Shown here one piece after another: positions 18,245 through 27,403 of a DNA stretch of 32,000 bases; the first letter of the stretch is position 1; every line of letters begins with the position of its first letter. Where the stretch lies: assembly GCA_020832185.1 (NCBI GenBank), contig JAFIFE010000023.1, forward strand, positions 249,301 through 281,300, in the 5' to 3' direction. The position numbers and the translations under genes were made by a program. The stretch comes from Alkalibacterium sp. (lineage in GTDB: Bacteria > Bacillota > Bacilli > Lactobacillales > Carnobacteriaceae_A). Under the pieces are notes generated by a model. That model did not search any database. It saw nothing but the letters and a program-made list of their open reading frames with translations, and was not told where the DNA came from.

Positions 18245-18718
18245 GTGAAAAAAGTTATTATTGGCCTTGTAATTTTTATGAGTGCTGTGATTGTGGGGGC
18301 AACAGTCTTGTACCAGCAGTCAAATCAGCCATATGCTCGGGCCAGAGCTGACACTATTGCGTATGTCGCAGAACGAACGAGTCTAAGCCAGGTAGATGAT
18401 TTTTATTGGTATAATGGAACAGAAACGTATCTGACGATTACAGGTCAGAATGCAGATGGAATAGAACGGCACTATATTGTTCAGCAGTCGGGTGGACAAA
18501 TCACTTCCCTCTCAGCTGAAAACGGTCTGAGCAAGCAGGAAGCTATCCAGCTGACACGAGAAGCACGTCAGCCTGATAAAATTCTTAACGCGCGAATCGG
18601 TATGATAGACGACCGTCCGATATGGGAAGTCAGTTACCGTAATGACAATGATCGCTTAGGGTATTATGTCATTGATCTGCGTACAGGCGAATGGATACGA
18701 ACGATCGACAACATTTAA
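18245..18718 (+). CDS. membrane-anchored PepSY-like protein (YpmB-like)
   Basis: It has an N-terminal TM helix and lies between dinG and asnS, as ypmB does in B. subtilis. The GTG start follows GAGGAGAG. The upstream sequence TGcTATACT (18195-18203) looks like an extended -10 element. Confidence 0.55.
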   Translation: MKKVIIGLVIFMSAVIVGATVLYQQSNQPYARARADTIAYVAERTSLSQVDDFYWYNGTETYLTITGQNADGIERHYIVQQSGGQITSLSAENGLSKQEAIQLTREARQPDKILNARIGMIDDRPIWEVSYRNDNDRLGYYVIDLRTGEWIRTIDNI

Positions 18719-18737
18719 TTTAAAGGAGACTATTAGA

Positions 18738-20033
18738 GTGAATAAGATTCAAATTATCGATGCGCATAAGCACGTAGGAGAAAAAGTTAAAATTGGGGCA
18801 TGGATTGCAAACAAACGCTCAAGTGGGAAGATTGCTTTCTTAAACTTGCGTGATGGGTCCGCCTTTTTCCAAGGGGTCGTTGTTAAAAGCGAAGTTGAAG
18901 AAGAGGTTTTCCAGGCTGCTAAGAATGTCACTCAGGAAAGTTCAGTTTGGGTAGTGGGTACGGTCCAGGAAGATGCGCGTTCAAAATTTGGATATGAGAT
19001 ACATATTGAAAGTATCGAAGTCATCGGAGAAGCGGTTGATTACCCTATCACGCCTAAAGAACATGGAACGGAATTCCTGATGGATAACCGTCATTTATGG
19101 TTACGTTCGTCTAAGCAGCATGCGATCATGCAGGTTAGAAATGAAATCATTCGTGCAACCTATGAGTTTTTCAATCAGGAAGGATTCGTCAAAGTTGATC
19201 CGCCTATTCTGACGGGGAGTGCAGCAGAGAACACAACTGAGTTATTCCATACTGAATATTTTGACCGTGATGCCTTCTTATCTCAAAGTGGACAATTATA
19301 TATGGAAGCTGGAGCAATGGCATTAGGAAAAGTCTTTTCATTTGGGCCGACTTTTAGAGCTGAAAAATCTAAAACACGTCGTCACCTGATCGAGTTCTGG
19401 ATGATTGAACCTGAAATGGCCTTTATGGATCAGGACGATTCTCTTGAAGTACAGGAAAAATATGTCGCTTATCTTGTTCAAAGTGTCCTGGATCATTGTG
19501 ATCATTCTCTGGATGTCCTTGAACGAGATAAAGAACTGCTTAAAAAATATACGCAATTGCCTTATCCGCGGATTTCTTACGATGAAGCAGTTGAATTGTT
19601 GAACAAAAATGACTTCAGCGTTACATGGGGAGAAGATTTCGGATCACCGGAAGAAACCTTTATCGCTGAACAATACGATAAACCCGTCTTTATCCTGAAC
19701 TATCCAAAAGCAATCAAACCTTTTTACATGAAGCCACACCCAACGCGTGAAGATATTGTGTTATGTGCGGATATGATTGCGCCTGAAGGATACGGAGAAA
19801 TTATCGGTGGGTCTCAACGTGAAGATGATTACGAAGCTCTGCGTGAACAGGTCGAAGCCTTTGGACTGGATACGAAAGAATACGAATGGTATTTAGATCT
19901 GCGTAAATACGGAAGCGTCCCTCATTCAGGATTTGGACTGGGGCTTGAACGTACAGTGACATGGTTAAGTGGAACAGAACACATTCGTGAAGCTATTCCA
20001 TTCCCACGTTTATTAAATCGTATTTACCCATAA
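18738..20033 (+). CDS. asnS: asparagine--tRNA ligase
   Basis: Class IIb motifs [26 protein letters not shown] and GFGLGLER, with a size of ~431 aa. GTG 18738 follows AAAGGAG, and the ORF-track start at 18666 overlaps the ypmB-like gene and has no RBS. Confidence 0.95.
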   Translation: MNKIQIIDAHKHVGEKVKIGAWIANKRSSGKIAFLNLRDGSAFFQGVVVKSEVEEEVFQAAKNVTQESSVWVVGTVQEDARSKFGYEIHIESIEVIGEAVDYPITPKEHGTEFLMDNRHLWLRSSKQHAIMQVRNEIIRATYEFFNQEGFVKVDPPILTGSAAENTTELFHTEYFDRDAFLSQSGQLYMEAGAMALGKVFSFGPTFRAEKSKTRRHLIEFWMIEPEMAFMDQDDSLEVQEKYVAYLVQSVLDHCDHSLDVLERDKELLKKYTQLPYPRISYDEAVELLNKNDFSVTWGEDFGSPEETFIAEQYDKPVFILNYPKAIKPFYMKPHPTREDIVLCADMIAPEGYGEIIGGSQREDDYEALREQVEAFGLDTKEYEWYLDLRKYGSVPHSGFGLGLERTVTWLSGTEHIREAIPFPRLLNRIYP

Positions 20034-20055
20034 AGGTGTGCTAGAATTAAATAGG

Positions 20056-20086
20056 AGGATTGGGTGATTATCCCCAATCCTTTTTT
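20056..20086 (+). terminator. rho-independent terminator after asnS
   Basis: GGATTGGG / CCCAATCC stem followed by a T6 run. Confidence 0.75.
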
Positions 20087-20152
20087 CATAGACTTAGTAA
20101 GCGTGCGTATGAGCTTTTGTCTCTCTTCACGTACTAGTAAAGGAGTAGAGTT

Positions 20153-20869
20153 ATGTCTGATTTTACGATTAAAAAATGGATTAAGGCTGGCAATACGTCA
20201 ATTCCAAATATTCTATTGATGTATTATAGAGAACTGGGGCTAACAAACAATGATTTGGTCGTCCTTATTCAATTAATGTCCCTGGTTGAAATAGGGCAGC
20301 GTTTCCCGGATAGTCAACTGTTAGCGGATCGTCTGGATGTCACCAGAGAAGAGGCGTATAAAGCCATCCACCAGCTGATGACAAAACGAGTCATCACTAT
20401 CGAAACCAGCTCAGATGATGAAGGGAAATCTCAGGACGAATTCTCATTTGATTTGCTTTATGAGCGACTGCTCTATTTGATGGAAGAAGTTGAGAAAACG
20501 AAAGAAGCTAAAAAAGAAACGCTCACGTCTAAAGATTTGTATCGTTTGTTTGAAGAAGAATTCGGTAGAGGGCTTTCGGCAATGGAAATTCAAACTCTTG
20601 AAATGTGGATCAAAGAGGACAATTACTCTTCAGAACTCATTGAAGCCGCGCTCAGAGAAGCTGTGTTGAGTCAGGTGTATAGCCTTAAATATATCGACCG
20701 GATTTTACTGACTTGGGAAAAGAAGAACATAAAAACAAAAGAGCAGGTTGAAAAGGAATCGAAGCGTCACCGACAAAATCAGTCGAATCAGTCTTCAAAT
20801 AATGAAGAGAATGAAAATGAAAAACCTGTTCCAATGTATAACTGGCTAAAAGAATCCTTTGATAAATAA
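20153..20869 (+). CDS. dnaD: DNA replication initiation protein DnaD
   Basis: The C-terminus has a DnaB_2/DnaD-type domain (FEEEFGRGLSAMEIQTLEMWIKEDNYSSELIEAALREAV...YIDRILLTWEKKNIKT). It lies between asnS and nth, as in B. subtilis. Confidence 0.8.
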   Translation: MSDFTIKKWIKAGNTSIPNILLMYYRELGLTNNDLVVLIQLMSLVEIGQRFPDSQLLADRLDVTREEAYKAIHQLMTKRVITIETSSDDEGKSQDEFSFDLLYERLLYLMEEVEKTKEAKKETLTSKDLYRLFEEEFGRGLSAMEIQTLEMWIKEDNYSSELIEAALREAVLSQVYSLKYIDRILLTWEKKNIKTKEQVEKESKRHRQNQSNQSSNNEENENEKPVPMYNWLKESFDK

Positions 20870-20898
20870 AGGATTAAATGAAATAGTAAGGAGACAAA

Positions 20899-21570
20899 AT
20901 GGTGACTGAAGAAGTTAAGCTCTTAAATTCAATTGAAACCACTCAGCTGATTGAAGCAATGGGTGTACTGTATCCCGATGCAAAAGCTGAGCTGACACAC
21001 AAAAATGCTTTTGAACTGCTTATTGCGGTGATTCTAAGCGCTCAGACAACAGATGTGGGAGTCAACAAGGTCACCCCATTATTGTTTGAAGCCTATCCGA
21101 CACCTGAGCGGATGATGGAAGCAGATGTCGAAGAAATCATGGATAAAATCAAAACCATCGGTCTATATCGGAACAAGGCCAAGTACATTAAAAAATGTGC
21201 GCGTGACCTGGTAGAGCGTTTCAACAGTCAGGTTCCCAGTACCCATAAAGAACTCGAAAGTTTAGCTGGAGTCGGGAGAAAAACAGCGAACGTGGTCATG
21301 AGTGTGGCGTTCGATGAGCCGGCTATCGCAGTCGACACACATGTAGAGCGGATCAGCAAAAAGTTTGCTATCTGCTCTCCCAAGGCAACCGTTAAACAAG
21401 TGGAACAGACACTAATGAAAAAATTGCCGAAGGACTTATGGAGCATAGCGCATCACCGTATGATCTTCTTCGGACGTTATCAGTGTCCTGCAAGAGCGCA
21501 TGACCATAACGACTGTATATACAAGGTTTCAGAGATCATGAAGGAGCAGATGGCCGATAAAAAAGCCTAG
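20899..21570 (+). CDS. nth: endonuclease III family DNA glycosylase/AP lyase (atypical C-terminal cluster loop)
   Basis: It has the HhH-GPD signature (LESLAGVGRKTANVVMSVAF...AIAVDTHVERI), with the catalytic Lys in GVGRKTAN and the Asp in VDTH. The C-terminus reads C-x6-H-x2-C-x5-E instead of C-x6-C-x2-C-x5-C. Confidence 0.88.
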   Translation: MVTEEVKLLNSIETTQLIEAMGVLYPDAKAELTHKNAFELLIAVILSAQTTDVGVNKVTPLLFEAYPTPERMMEADVEEIMDKIKTIGLYRNKAKYIKKCARDLVERFNSQVPSTHKELESLAGVGRKTANVVMSVAFDEPAIAVDTHVERISKKFAICSPKATVKQVEQTLMKKLPKDLWSIAHHRMIFFGRYQCPARAHDHNDCIYKVSEIMKEQMADKKA

Positions 21571-21664
21571 GCGGTATTGAATCGTTTTCATTCTGTCTGA
21601 ACTTAAGGTATAATTATTACTAGTTATCTGCCATCCAAGTGGGAAGGTATGAGAGAGGAGCGGT

Positions 21665-22924
21665 TTGATGAATAGAGAAGAAATGGAAGAACAGTTAAAA
21701 CAAGTGAAATCACAATATGCACTTTACGAAGAAAGACCATTTGAAATCACGATTGCGCGGGGTATCCCTTCAACCAGTCAATTAAAGCTGTCAGAAGCTT
21801 TAATAAATGAAACACCGATTGAAAACTGGTATAGTGAAGATGAACTAGATATTAGAAATTATGGTGGGTTATTTGGAATCAAAGAAGCCAGACGTCTTTT
21901 TGGATCCCTGCTGAATACGACTGTTGAAGAAACATTTGTTGGAGGCAATTCAAGCCTGCAGTTGATGTATGCTACATTGAATCATCTTATGTACACTTCT
22001 TCAAACCCGTGGTCAAAAGAAGATAAAGTTAAATTTATCTGTCCGAGTCCCGGGTATGACCGTCACTGGTTTATGCTAGAACACTTAGGGATTGAAATGA
22101 TTCCGGTCGAATTGACTGGAAACGGCCCGGATATGGAAACTGTTGAGAAATTAGTCTCACAAGATCCGTCTATTAAAGGACTATTTGTTGTGCCTACATA
22201 CAATAATCCGACGGGGGAAACAGTTTCAGATGATGTGGTAGACCGTTTAGCCCAGATGCACACAGCGTCTGAAGATTTTGTAATTCTGTGGGATAACGCT
22301 TATGTTGTCCACCACTTAAGTGAACTGAAAGAAGAGGCGAAAGATTTGCTGGCCGCATGTAAAGAGGCAGGCAACCCAGATCGTGTCATACAGTATGTTT
22401 CTACATCAAAAATGACTTTGCCGGGTTCTGGAGTGGCTGCTATAGGTGCGTCTGAAGCACGAATCAATGAGCTGGCTTTAGATTTCAGTAAACAACTGAT
22501 CAGCTTCGACAAAATCAATCAGAAACGTCATGTGTTGTTCCTTAAAGACCGTGAAACGATTGACGAACTGATGAGTCAACATGCAGACATTCTTGCACCA
22601 AAGTTTGAGTGGGTCGATGCGATATTATCTGCGTATTTCCATGGCGAACGAGAAGCGTTTGTGAAATGGACTAAACCTAATGGGGGATATTTCGTTCATT
22701 TAACGACTCAAGATGGATGTGCTGCTGAAATTGTAGCACGCATGAAAGATATTGGGATTGAACTGACCCCTGCAAATGCAGCTTATCCTTATGGCATCAA
22801 TCCGTTAGATAACAGTATTCGTTTAGCACCGAGTTTTGCTAAACTGGATGATCTGGAAATTGCGATGGAAGCATTGTGTACATGTATAGAAATGGTTACA
22901 TTAGAAAGAATACTGATCGATTAG
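21665..22924 (+). CDS. PLP-dependent aminotransferase (class I/II fold)
   Basis: ~419 aa, with a NNPTG substrate loop and a STSKMTLPGSG motif containing the putative PLP-binding lysine. The start is either TTG 21665 or ATG 21668. Confidence 0.78.
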   Translation: MMNREEMEEQLKQVKSQYALYEERPFEITIARGIPSTSQLKLSEALINETPIENWYSEDELDIRNYGGLFGIKEARRLFGSLLNTTVEETFVGGNSSLQLMYATLNHLMYTSSNPWSKEDKVKFICPSPGYDRHWFMLEHLGIEMIPVELTGNGPDMETVEKLVSQDPSIKGLFVVPTYNNPTGETVSDDVVDRLAQMHTASEDFVILWDNAYVVHHLSELKEEAKDLLAACKEAGNPDRVIQYVSTSKMTLPGSGVAAIGASEARINELALDFSKQLISFDKINQKRHVLFLKDRETIDELMSQHADILAPKFEWVDAILSAYFHGEREAFVKWTKPNGGYFVHLTTQDGCAAEIVARMKDIGIELTPANAAYPYGINPLDNSIRLAPSFAKLDDLEIAMEALCTCIEMVTLERILID

Positions 22925-22936
22925 GAGGAAACAACT

Positions 22937-23257
22937 ATGTCAAAACAGACTTTTGGATTTGGAATGGCGCTAGGTGCATTGGCAGGCGCAGCCGCAGCTT
23001 ATTTACTGGCTCCACAATCAGGTGAAGAATTTCAGAGAGAGTTAAAAGATAAAGCACAGGAAACTAAGAAAAAAGCAGTCGTAAAATTCGATGAGGCAGT
23101 GCTTGAAACTGAGATGTGGCTGGATCAGAAAATGGCCGAAGACGAATTTAGAGATGAACCTATTCGTTATGAACGCACGCCGGAAAATGTCGCCCCCGCA
23201 CCAGATTATACAGAAGCACCCGACGTGTTTGTAAAAGAAGAAAGCATAACAGATTAA
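22937..23257 (+). CDS. YtxH-like small membrane-associated stress protein
   Basis: The N-terminus GFGMALGALAGAAAAYLLAPQSGEEFQRELKDKA matches the YtxH domain pattern. The RBS is AGGAGGA. Confidence 0.7.
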   Translation: MSKQTFGFGMALGALAGAAAAYLLAPQSGEEFQRELKDKAQETKKKAVVKFDEAVLETEMWLDQKMAEDEFRDEPIRYERTPENVAPAPDYTEAPDVFVKEESITD

Positions 23258-23309
23258 TCCTTAAGATAGAGAAGAGCTAGTCTTTTCTCTTTCTATTTGC
23301 ATTTTAATG

Positions 23310-23335
23310 GATATTTATACACGTTTATAAATATC
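23310..23335. promoter_or_regulatory. perfect inverted repeat upstream of arcA (candidate operator)
   Basis: GATATTTATA-cacgtt-TATAAATATC has 10-bp perfect arms and a 6-bp spacer, and ends 34 nt before the arcA ATG. Confidence 0.45.
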
Positions 23336-23368
23336 TATACCCTATAACTGATTTACCAGGAGGACCTT

Positions 23369-24598
23369 ATGACTAGATTGTTTAACATTAATTCTGAAAT
23401 AGACCCGTTAAAAACAGTACTGCTTAAACGCCCAGGAAAAGAAGTAGAGAACCTGATCCCCGATACAATGGAAAACTTATTGTTTGATGATATTCCTTAT
23501 CTTCCCATCATTCAGGAAGAACATGATGTATTTGCTAAAGCTCTGGAAACGAACGGGACTGAAGTCTTGTACCTTGAAGAACTTGTAACCGAAGCCGTTG
23601 ATGCTGCAAATAATCACACTCAAATGGTTGATCAGCTGATTACAGAATCAGGCATTCATGTAAAAGAGGTCAAAGAAGCCTTATCAGACTATTTGCTTTC
23701 AATGGACACAAGACAAATGATCGATACGATGATGGCGGGGATTCGGACAGATGCGCTCGATATAAACTCCTCTTCATTAGCATGGCTGGCGGACAGACAA
23801 AATCAGTCTTTATTTTTAATGCAGCCGATGCCAAATCTCTACTACACGAGAGATATTGCGTCGACAATAGGTAAAGGAATTTCTATTAACAAAATGACAT
23901 ATGAAGCCAGAAAAAGAGAATCTCTCTTTATGGAGACAATTGTAAAAGAACATCCTGAATTTAATACCGACAACCTGCAAATCTGGCGTGACCGGTATTC
24001 AAATACTACGATCGAAGGCGGAGACATTTTAGTTTTAAGTGAAGAGGTCCTTGCCATTGGTGTGTCTCAACGCACTACCGGCAATGCTATCGAAGAGCTG
24101 GCACAGTCACTTTTCTCTAAACAAGATAAAATAAAGAAAATACTTGCGATCGAAATTCCACATGTTCGAGCGATGATGCATTTGGATACAGTATTTACGA
24201 TGGTGGATAAGGATGCCTTCACTATTCATCCGGGTATTCAGGATATGGACCGCAAAATGTCTATCTATATGCTGGAACCTTCAAAAGTCGAAGGGGCATT
24301 GACCGTCACACATCACACTGATTTAGGTGACATACTCAAAGACGTTCTAAATGTACCTGAGATCAATTTGATTCCATGTGGAGGTGGCGATCCCATAGCG
24401 GCTCCCAGAGAGCAATGGAATGATGGGTCAAATACACTAGCAGTAAAACCTGGTGTCGTTGTCACTTATAACCGTAATTACGTATCTAACCAGTTGCTGA
24501 GAGAAAATGGCATAAAAGTGATAGAGGTTCCATCCAGTGAATTATCACGTGGCCGAGGCGGGCCGAGGTGTATGAGTATGCCGCTGCTTCGACACTAA
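23369..24598 (+). CDS. arcA: arginine deiminase
   Basis: The N-terminus SEIDPLKTVLLKRPGKEVENL, the internal MHLDTVFTMVD and the C-terminal GGPRCMSMPL (catalytic Cys) are ArcA hallmarks. The size is 409 aa. Confidence 0.95.
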   Translation: MTRLFNINSEIDPLKTVLLKRPGKEVENLIPDTMENLLFDDIPYLPIIQEEHDVFAKALETNGTEVLYLEELVTEAVDAANNHTQMVDQLITESGIHVKEVKEALSDYLLSMDTRQMIDTMMAGIRTDALDINSSSLAWLADRQNQSLFLMQPMPNLYYTRDIASTIGKGISINKMTYEARKRESLFMETIVKEHPEFNTDNLQIWRDRYSNTTIEGGDILVLSEEVLAIGVSQRTTGNAIEELAQSLFSKQDKIKKILAIEIPHVRAMMHLDTVFTMVDKDAFTIHPGIQDMDRKMSIYMLEPSKVEGALTVTHHTDLGDILKDVLNVPEINLIPCGGGDPIAAPREQWNDGSNTLAVKPGVVVTYNRNYVSNQLLRENGIKVIEVPSSELSRGRGGPRCMSMPLLRH

Positions 24599-24616
24599 TA
24601 TCTAATAAAAAGAAGA

Positions 24617-24657
24617 TGCATGTATCGATTGAGCGTAATAAACTCATGATACATGCA
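24617..24657. terminator. bidirectional-looking stem-loop between convergent arcA and the YdaT-like gene
   Basis: TGCATGTATC / GATACATGCA forms a 10-bp stem around a ~21-nt loop. It is T-rich downstream on the + strand and A-rich upstream. Confidence 0.55.
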
Positions 24658-24664
24658 CCTTATT

Positions 24665-25093
24665 TTATTGTCGTTTTCCTTCTTTAGTATAGGGGATGAC
24701 CTCAGATTCTTTATTTTCTGCCAGTTCTTTCGCACGAGTCATAGCCTCGTCTTTGGTTTTAAAAGTGGAATCTGAACGTTTAGCCTCTTTCGTACGAACT
24801 TTCCATTCCTCTTCTTCAAAGTATACTAGAACATCGTTATCAAGCAGTTCTTCGTTCGTTGAATCGTCATGTTCGTCTTCTTTCTTAGGCGATTTCCCAT
24901 ATTTATATGAGTGGAGTTCTTCATCAGAAGCGTGTTCGGCCCACTCTTTAGCCTGCTTAGTTGCAATAGGAATGGCTCGTCCATCATCGTAACCACTGTC
25001 CAGTAAGGCATTTGCGATATCTATAGCTTTCTTTTTCACCACATGGTCCAGATTTTTAAAAGAATCCGGATAATCTGATAAATCCCATGGCAT
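24665..25093 (-). CDS. YdaT-like protein (N-terminal helical domain plus C-terminal DUF2188-like domain)
   Basis: It has MPWDLSDYPDSFKNLDHVVKKKAIDIANALLDSGYDDGRAIPIATKQAKEWA and a C-terminal WKVRTKEAKRSDSTFKTKDEAMTRAKELA pattern. The resemblance is judged from memory of B. subtilis YdaT. Confidence 0.55.
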   Translation of the reverse strand: MPWDLSDYPDSFKNLDHVVKKKAIDIANALLDSGYDDGRAIPIATKQAKEWAEHASDEELHSYKYGKSPKKEDEHDDSTNEELLDNDVLVYFEEEEWKVRTKEAKRSDSTFKTKDEAMTRAKELAENKESEVIPYTKEGKRQ

Positions 25094-25181
25094 ATGTGAA
25101 TCATCCTTTCATCTCTAGTACTTTCGTTATATCATGAGAAAGACAATTCGTCTATTAATAGCAACTGAAAAGAGGACCTGT

Positions 25182-26021
25182 ATGTTAAAAAAAATAGATA
25201 AAGCTCAGCTATTTCTTGAAGACCATCTCCATTTATTTCAATGCCCTGTGTGCAGCGAGTCGTTTGTCACCATTGAGAATCATCAGTTGACCTGCTCAAA
25301 TGCACACCGGTTCGATTTATCAAAGAAAGGAACGCTTCATTTGCTGCTGAAACCTGTTCAGTCTGAGTACACACGGGAGATGCTGCTCTCGAGACAGCGC
25401 ATCGCTCAAAGTGGATTCTGGCACCCTCTGCTGGAGAAGATCCAGTCTATGATCAAACATCCCGAAGGCACGTTGCTAGATGTGGGATGCGGCGAAGGAG
25501 CGCACAGTGCATATTTAAGGCAGCACGGAATCAGCGGCACGATTATCGGGTTTGATATCTCAAAAGAAGGAATCAATTTGGCAGCGAGTTCATACACCGA
25601 TCTCTTTTTCGCTGTAGCCGATCTGGCTCAATCGCCTTTTGCCTCTGAGCAGTATGATACCATCTTGAATATATTATCTCCTTCAAACTATAGTGAGTTC
25701 AAACGCTTGCTTAAAAGAGGAGGGCAGGTCATAAAAGTCGTGCCCAATCCAGATTATTTGATAGAATTACGGGACTTAAAAGAGACGACAGAAGAAAAGA
25801 GAGAACTGTATTCAAATGAACGCGTCGTTCAAAAGTTCGAAGAGCATTTTGAAGTCGTCAATAAGATATCTGTCACATACACAGCCACTATCCCTGATGA
25901 TTTGGTATCTGATTTCATGAATATGACGCCTTTGGGTTGGCATATTGATAGTCATCATGAAAATTTAATCACAAAGTTGAATGAAATAACAGTCGATTTG
26001 CTGGTTCTAATCGGAGAATAA
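25182..26021 (+). CDS. rlmA: 23S rRNA (guanine-N1)-methyltransferase RlmA family
   Basis: The N-terminus has a Zn-finger (FQCPVCSESF...LTCSNAHRFDLSKKGTLHLL) and the SAM motif is LLDVGCGEGAH. ATG 25182 follows AAAAGAGGA, and the ORF-track start at 25134 is less likely. Confidence 0.85.
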   Translation: MLKKIDKAQLFLEDHLHLFQCPVCSESFVTIENHQLTCSNAHRFDLSKKGTLHLLLKPVQSEYTREMLLSRQRIAQSGFWHPLLEKIQSMIKHPEGTLLDVGCGEGAHSAYLRQHGISGTIIGFDISKEGINLAASSYTDLFFAVADLAQSPFASEQYDTILNILSPSNYSEFKRLLKRGGQVIKVVPNPDYLIELRDLKETTEEKRELYSNERVVQKFEEHFEVVNKISVTYTATIPDDLVSDFMNMTPLGWHIDSHHENLITKLNEITVDLLVLIGE

Positions 26022-26213
26022 TAACAGATTCAACAAATTTGTGAATGAACTATCCGATTTGTCAACTAATTATACTCGAGATACAGACTTTAGTCTTGTG
26101 TTTTTATACAGGAAGTGCTAAGATGTACTGCATAAGCTAATTTGGTTCATTGGTTTTTATCAGTCAACCCATCAGAAGCTGATAAAAAAACGTGAATTTT
26201 CAAAGGCTTCATT

Positions 26214-26260
26214 AACGTATTGTTTCGCAGTGCTAGTCACCGAGGCAATACGTTTTTTTT
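26214..26260 (+). terminator. rho-independent terminator in the rlmA-ddl intergenic region (orphan, or a distal rlmA terminator)
   Basis: AACGTATTG / CAATACGTT outer stem, with inner TCG..GTG/CAC..CGA pairing, followed by a T-rich run of 8 T's to 26260, two of which pair in the stem. It lies ~190 nt after the rlmA stop. Confidence 0.75.
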
Positions 26261-26361
26261 GTGCAGTAAAATATGGCTTACATTTTATTTTTTTTAGGAA
26301 ATGATTATTATGGAATCGATTCTTGGTGTATAATACATTAAGAGTATAGGAGGAGAATAGT

Positions 26362-27381
26362 ATGAATATTGTAGTGTTAGCTGGCGGGTACAGCCATGAA
26401 AGAGAAGTGTCCTTAAGTTCAGGAAGTCTGATTGCAAATGCGTTGATGGATAACGGTCATCAGGTTATTTTACTGGACTTGTATTTCGGTACTCAAGAAG
26501 CTTCAAGTTTTGATGAAGCCTATTCTAAACTAAAAAAAGAAAAATATGATTATAAAGTAAAAAGACAGATCCCAGATTTGGAAGCCTTGAAAGCTCAGAA
26601 AGAAAACCCCAATGAAATGATAGGTGAGAACATTATTCCTATCTGTCAGTCGGCAGATTTAGTGTTCTTATCTTTACACGGAGAATTAGGGGAGAACGGG
26701 CAATTACAGGCAGTGTTCGATTTATATGATATCACGTACACGGGAACAGGCTACTTAGGCAGTGCTATAGCCATGAATAAAATTCTTTCTAAAGAAATCA
26801 TGTCGGCACAGGATATTTTGACACCTGAATGGGAAGTGCTTGAGCAAGACGATGAACCGACCAGCGCTGTTCCTTGTGTGGTTAAACCCAACGCAAGCGG
26901 ATCAAGTATTGGGGTTTATATTGTTGACAATAAAGATGATTTGAAAAATGCAGTGCATGAAGCGAAAAAATACTCAACATCTGTGTTGATTGAAGAAAAA
27001 ATTGAAGGCCGCGAATTCTCTGTAGGGGTACTAGAAGATAAAGCTCTGCCTTTGATTGAAATCATTCCTAAAACTGGATTCTATGATTACGAAAACAAAT
27101 ACCAGGAAGGCGCGACAATTGAAATATGCCCGGCTGAGCTGGACGAATCAGTGTCAAGCGACATACAAGCTATTGCCTTGAAAGTATTTAGAGCTTTGCG
27201 TCTGGAATATTATGCACGTATCGATTTTATAGTCTCAAATGATGGACGAATTTACTTTATCGAAGCCAATACTTTGCCTGGTATGACACCGACCAGCCTG
27301 TTTCCTCAAGAAGCAGCAGCTGACGGCATATCTTACAATGAATTGTGCAACAGACTTGCTGAAATCGCATTGAACAAATAA
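26362..27381 (+). CDS. ddl: D-alanine--D-alanine ligase
   Basis: ATP-grasp motifs: [45 protein letters not shown] (omega-loop Lys-Tyr retained) and EANTLPGMT. The RBS is TAGGAGGAG. An upstream TATAAT lies at 26329-26334. Confidence 0.92.
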   Translation: MNIVVLAGGYSHEREVSLSSGSLIANALMDNGHQVILLDLYFGTQEASSFDEAYSKLKKEKYDYKVKRQIPDLEALKAQKENPNEMIGENIIPICQSADLVFLSLHGELGENGQLQAVFDLYDITYTGTGYLGSAIAMNKILSKEIMSAQDILTPEWEVLEQDDEPTSAVPCVVKPNASGSSIGVYIVDNKDDLKNAVHEAKKYSTSVLIEEKIEGREFSVGVLEDKALPLIEIIPKTGFYDYENKYQEGATIEICPAELDESVSSDIQAIALKVFRALRLEYYARIDFIVSNDGRIYFIEANTLPGMTPTSLFPQEAAADGISYNELCNRLAEIALNK

Positions 27382-27403
27382 CAAACGAAAGGAGAAGGAT
27401 GAG

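Noticed and set aside
23296-23313. An ARG box called as a definite ArgR operator upstream of arcA.
   Set aside because: It has 3 mismatches to a degenerate, AT-rich consensus in an AT-rich intergenic region, so a chance match is likely. It is mentioned only as a hypothesis inside the arcA finding.
26154-26200. A preQ1-type riboswitch, considered because queG lies downstream: a hairpin followed by an A-rich tail (CTGATAAAAAAACG).
   Set aside because: The 15-nt loop and the stem sequence do not fit the compact preQ1-I fold as I recall it. ddl, not a queuosine gene, is the next ORF. A separate terminator and promoter lie in between.
26362-27381. A Van-type D-Ala-D-Lac or D-Ala-D-Ser ligase.
   Set aside because: The omega-loop Lys-Tyr (FYDYENKY) typical of D-Ala-D-Ala ligases is retained. 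No vanH, vanX or vanRS-like genes are nearby.
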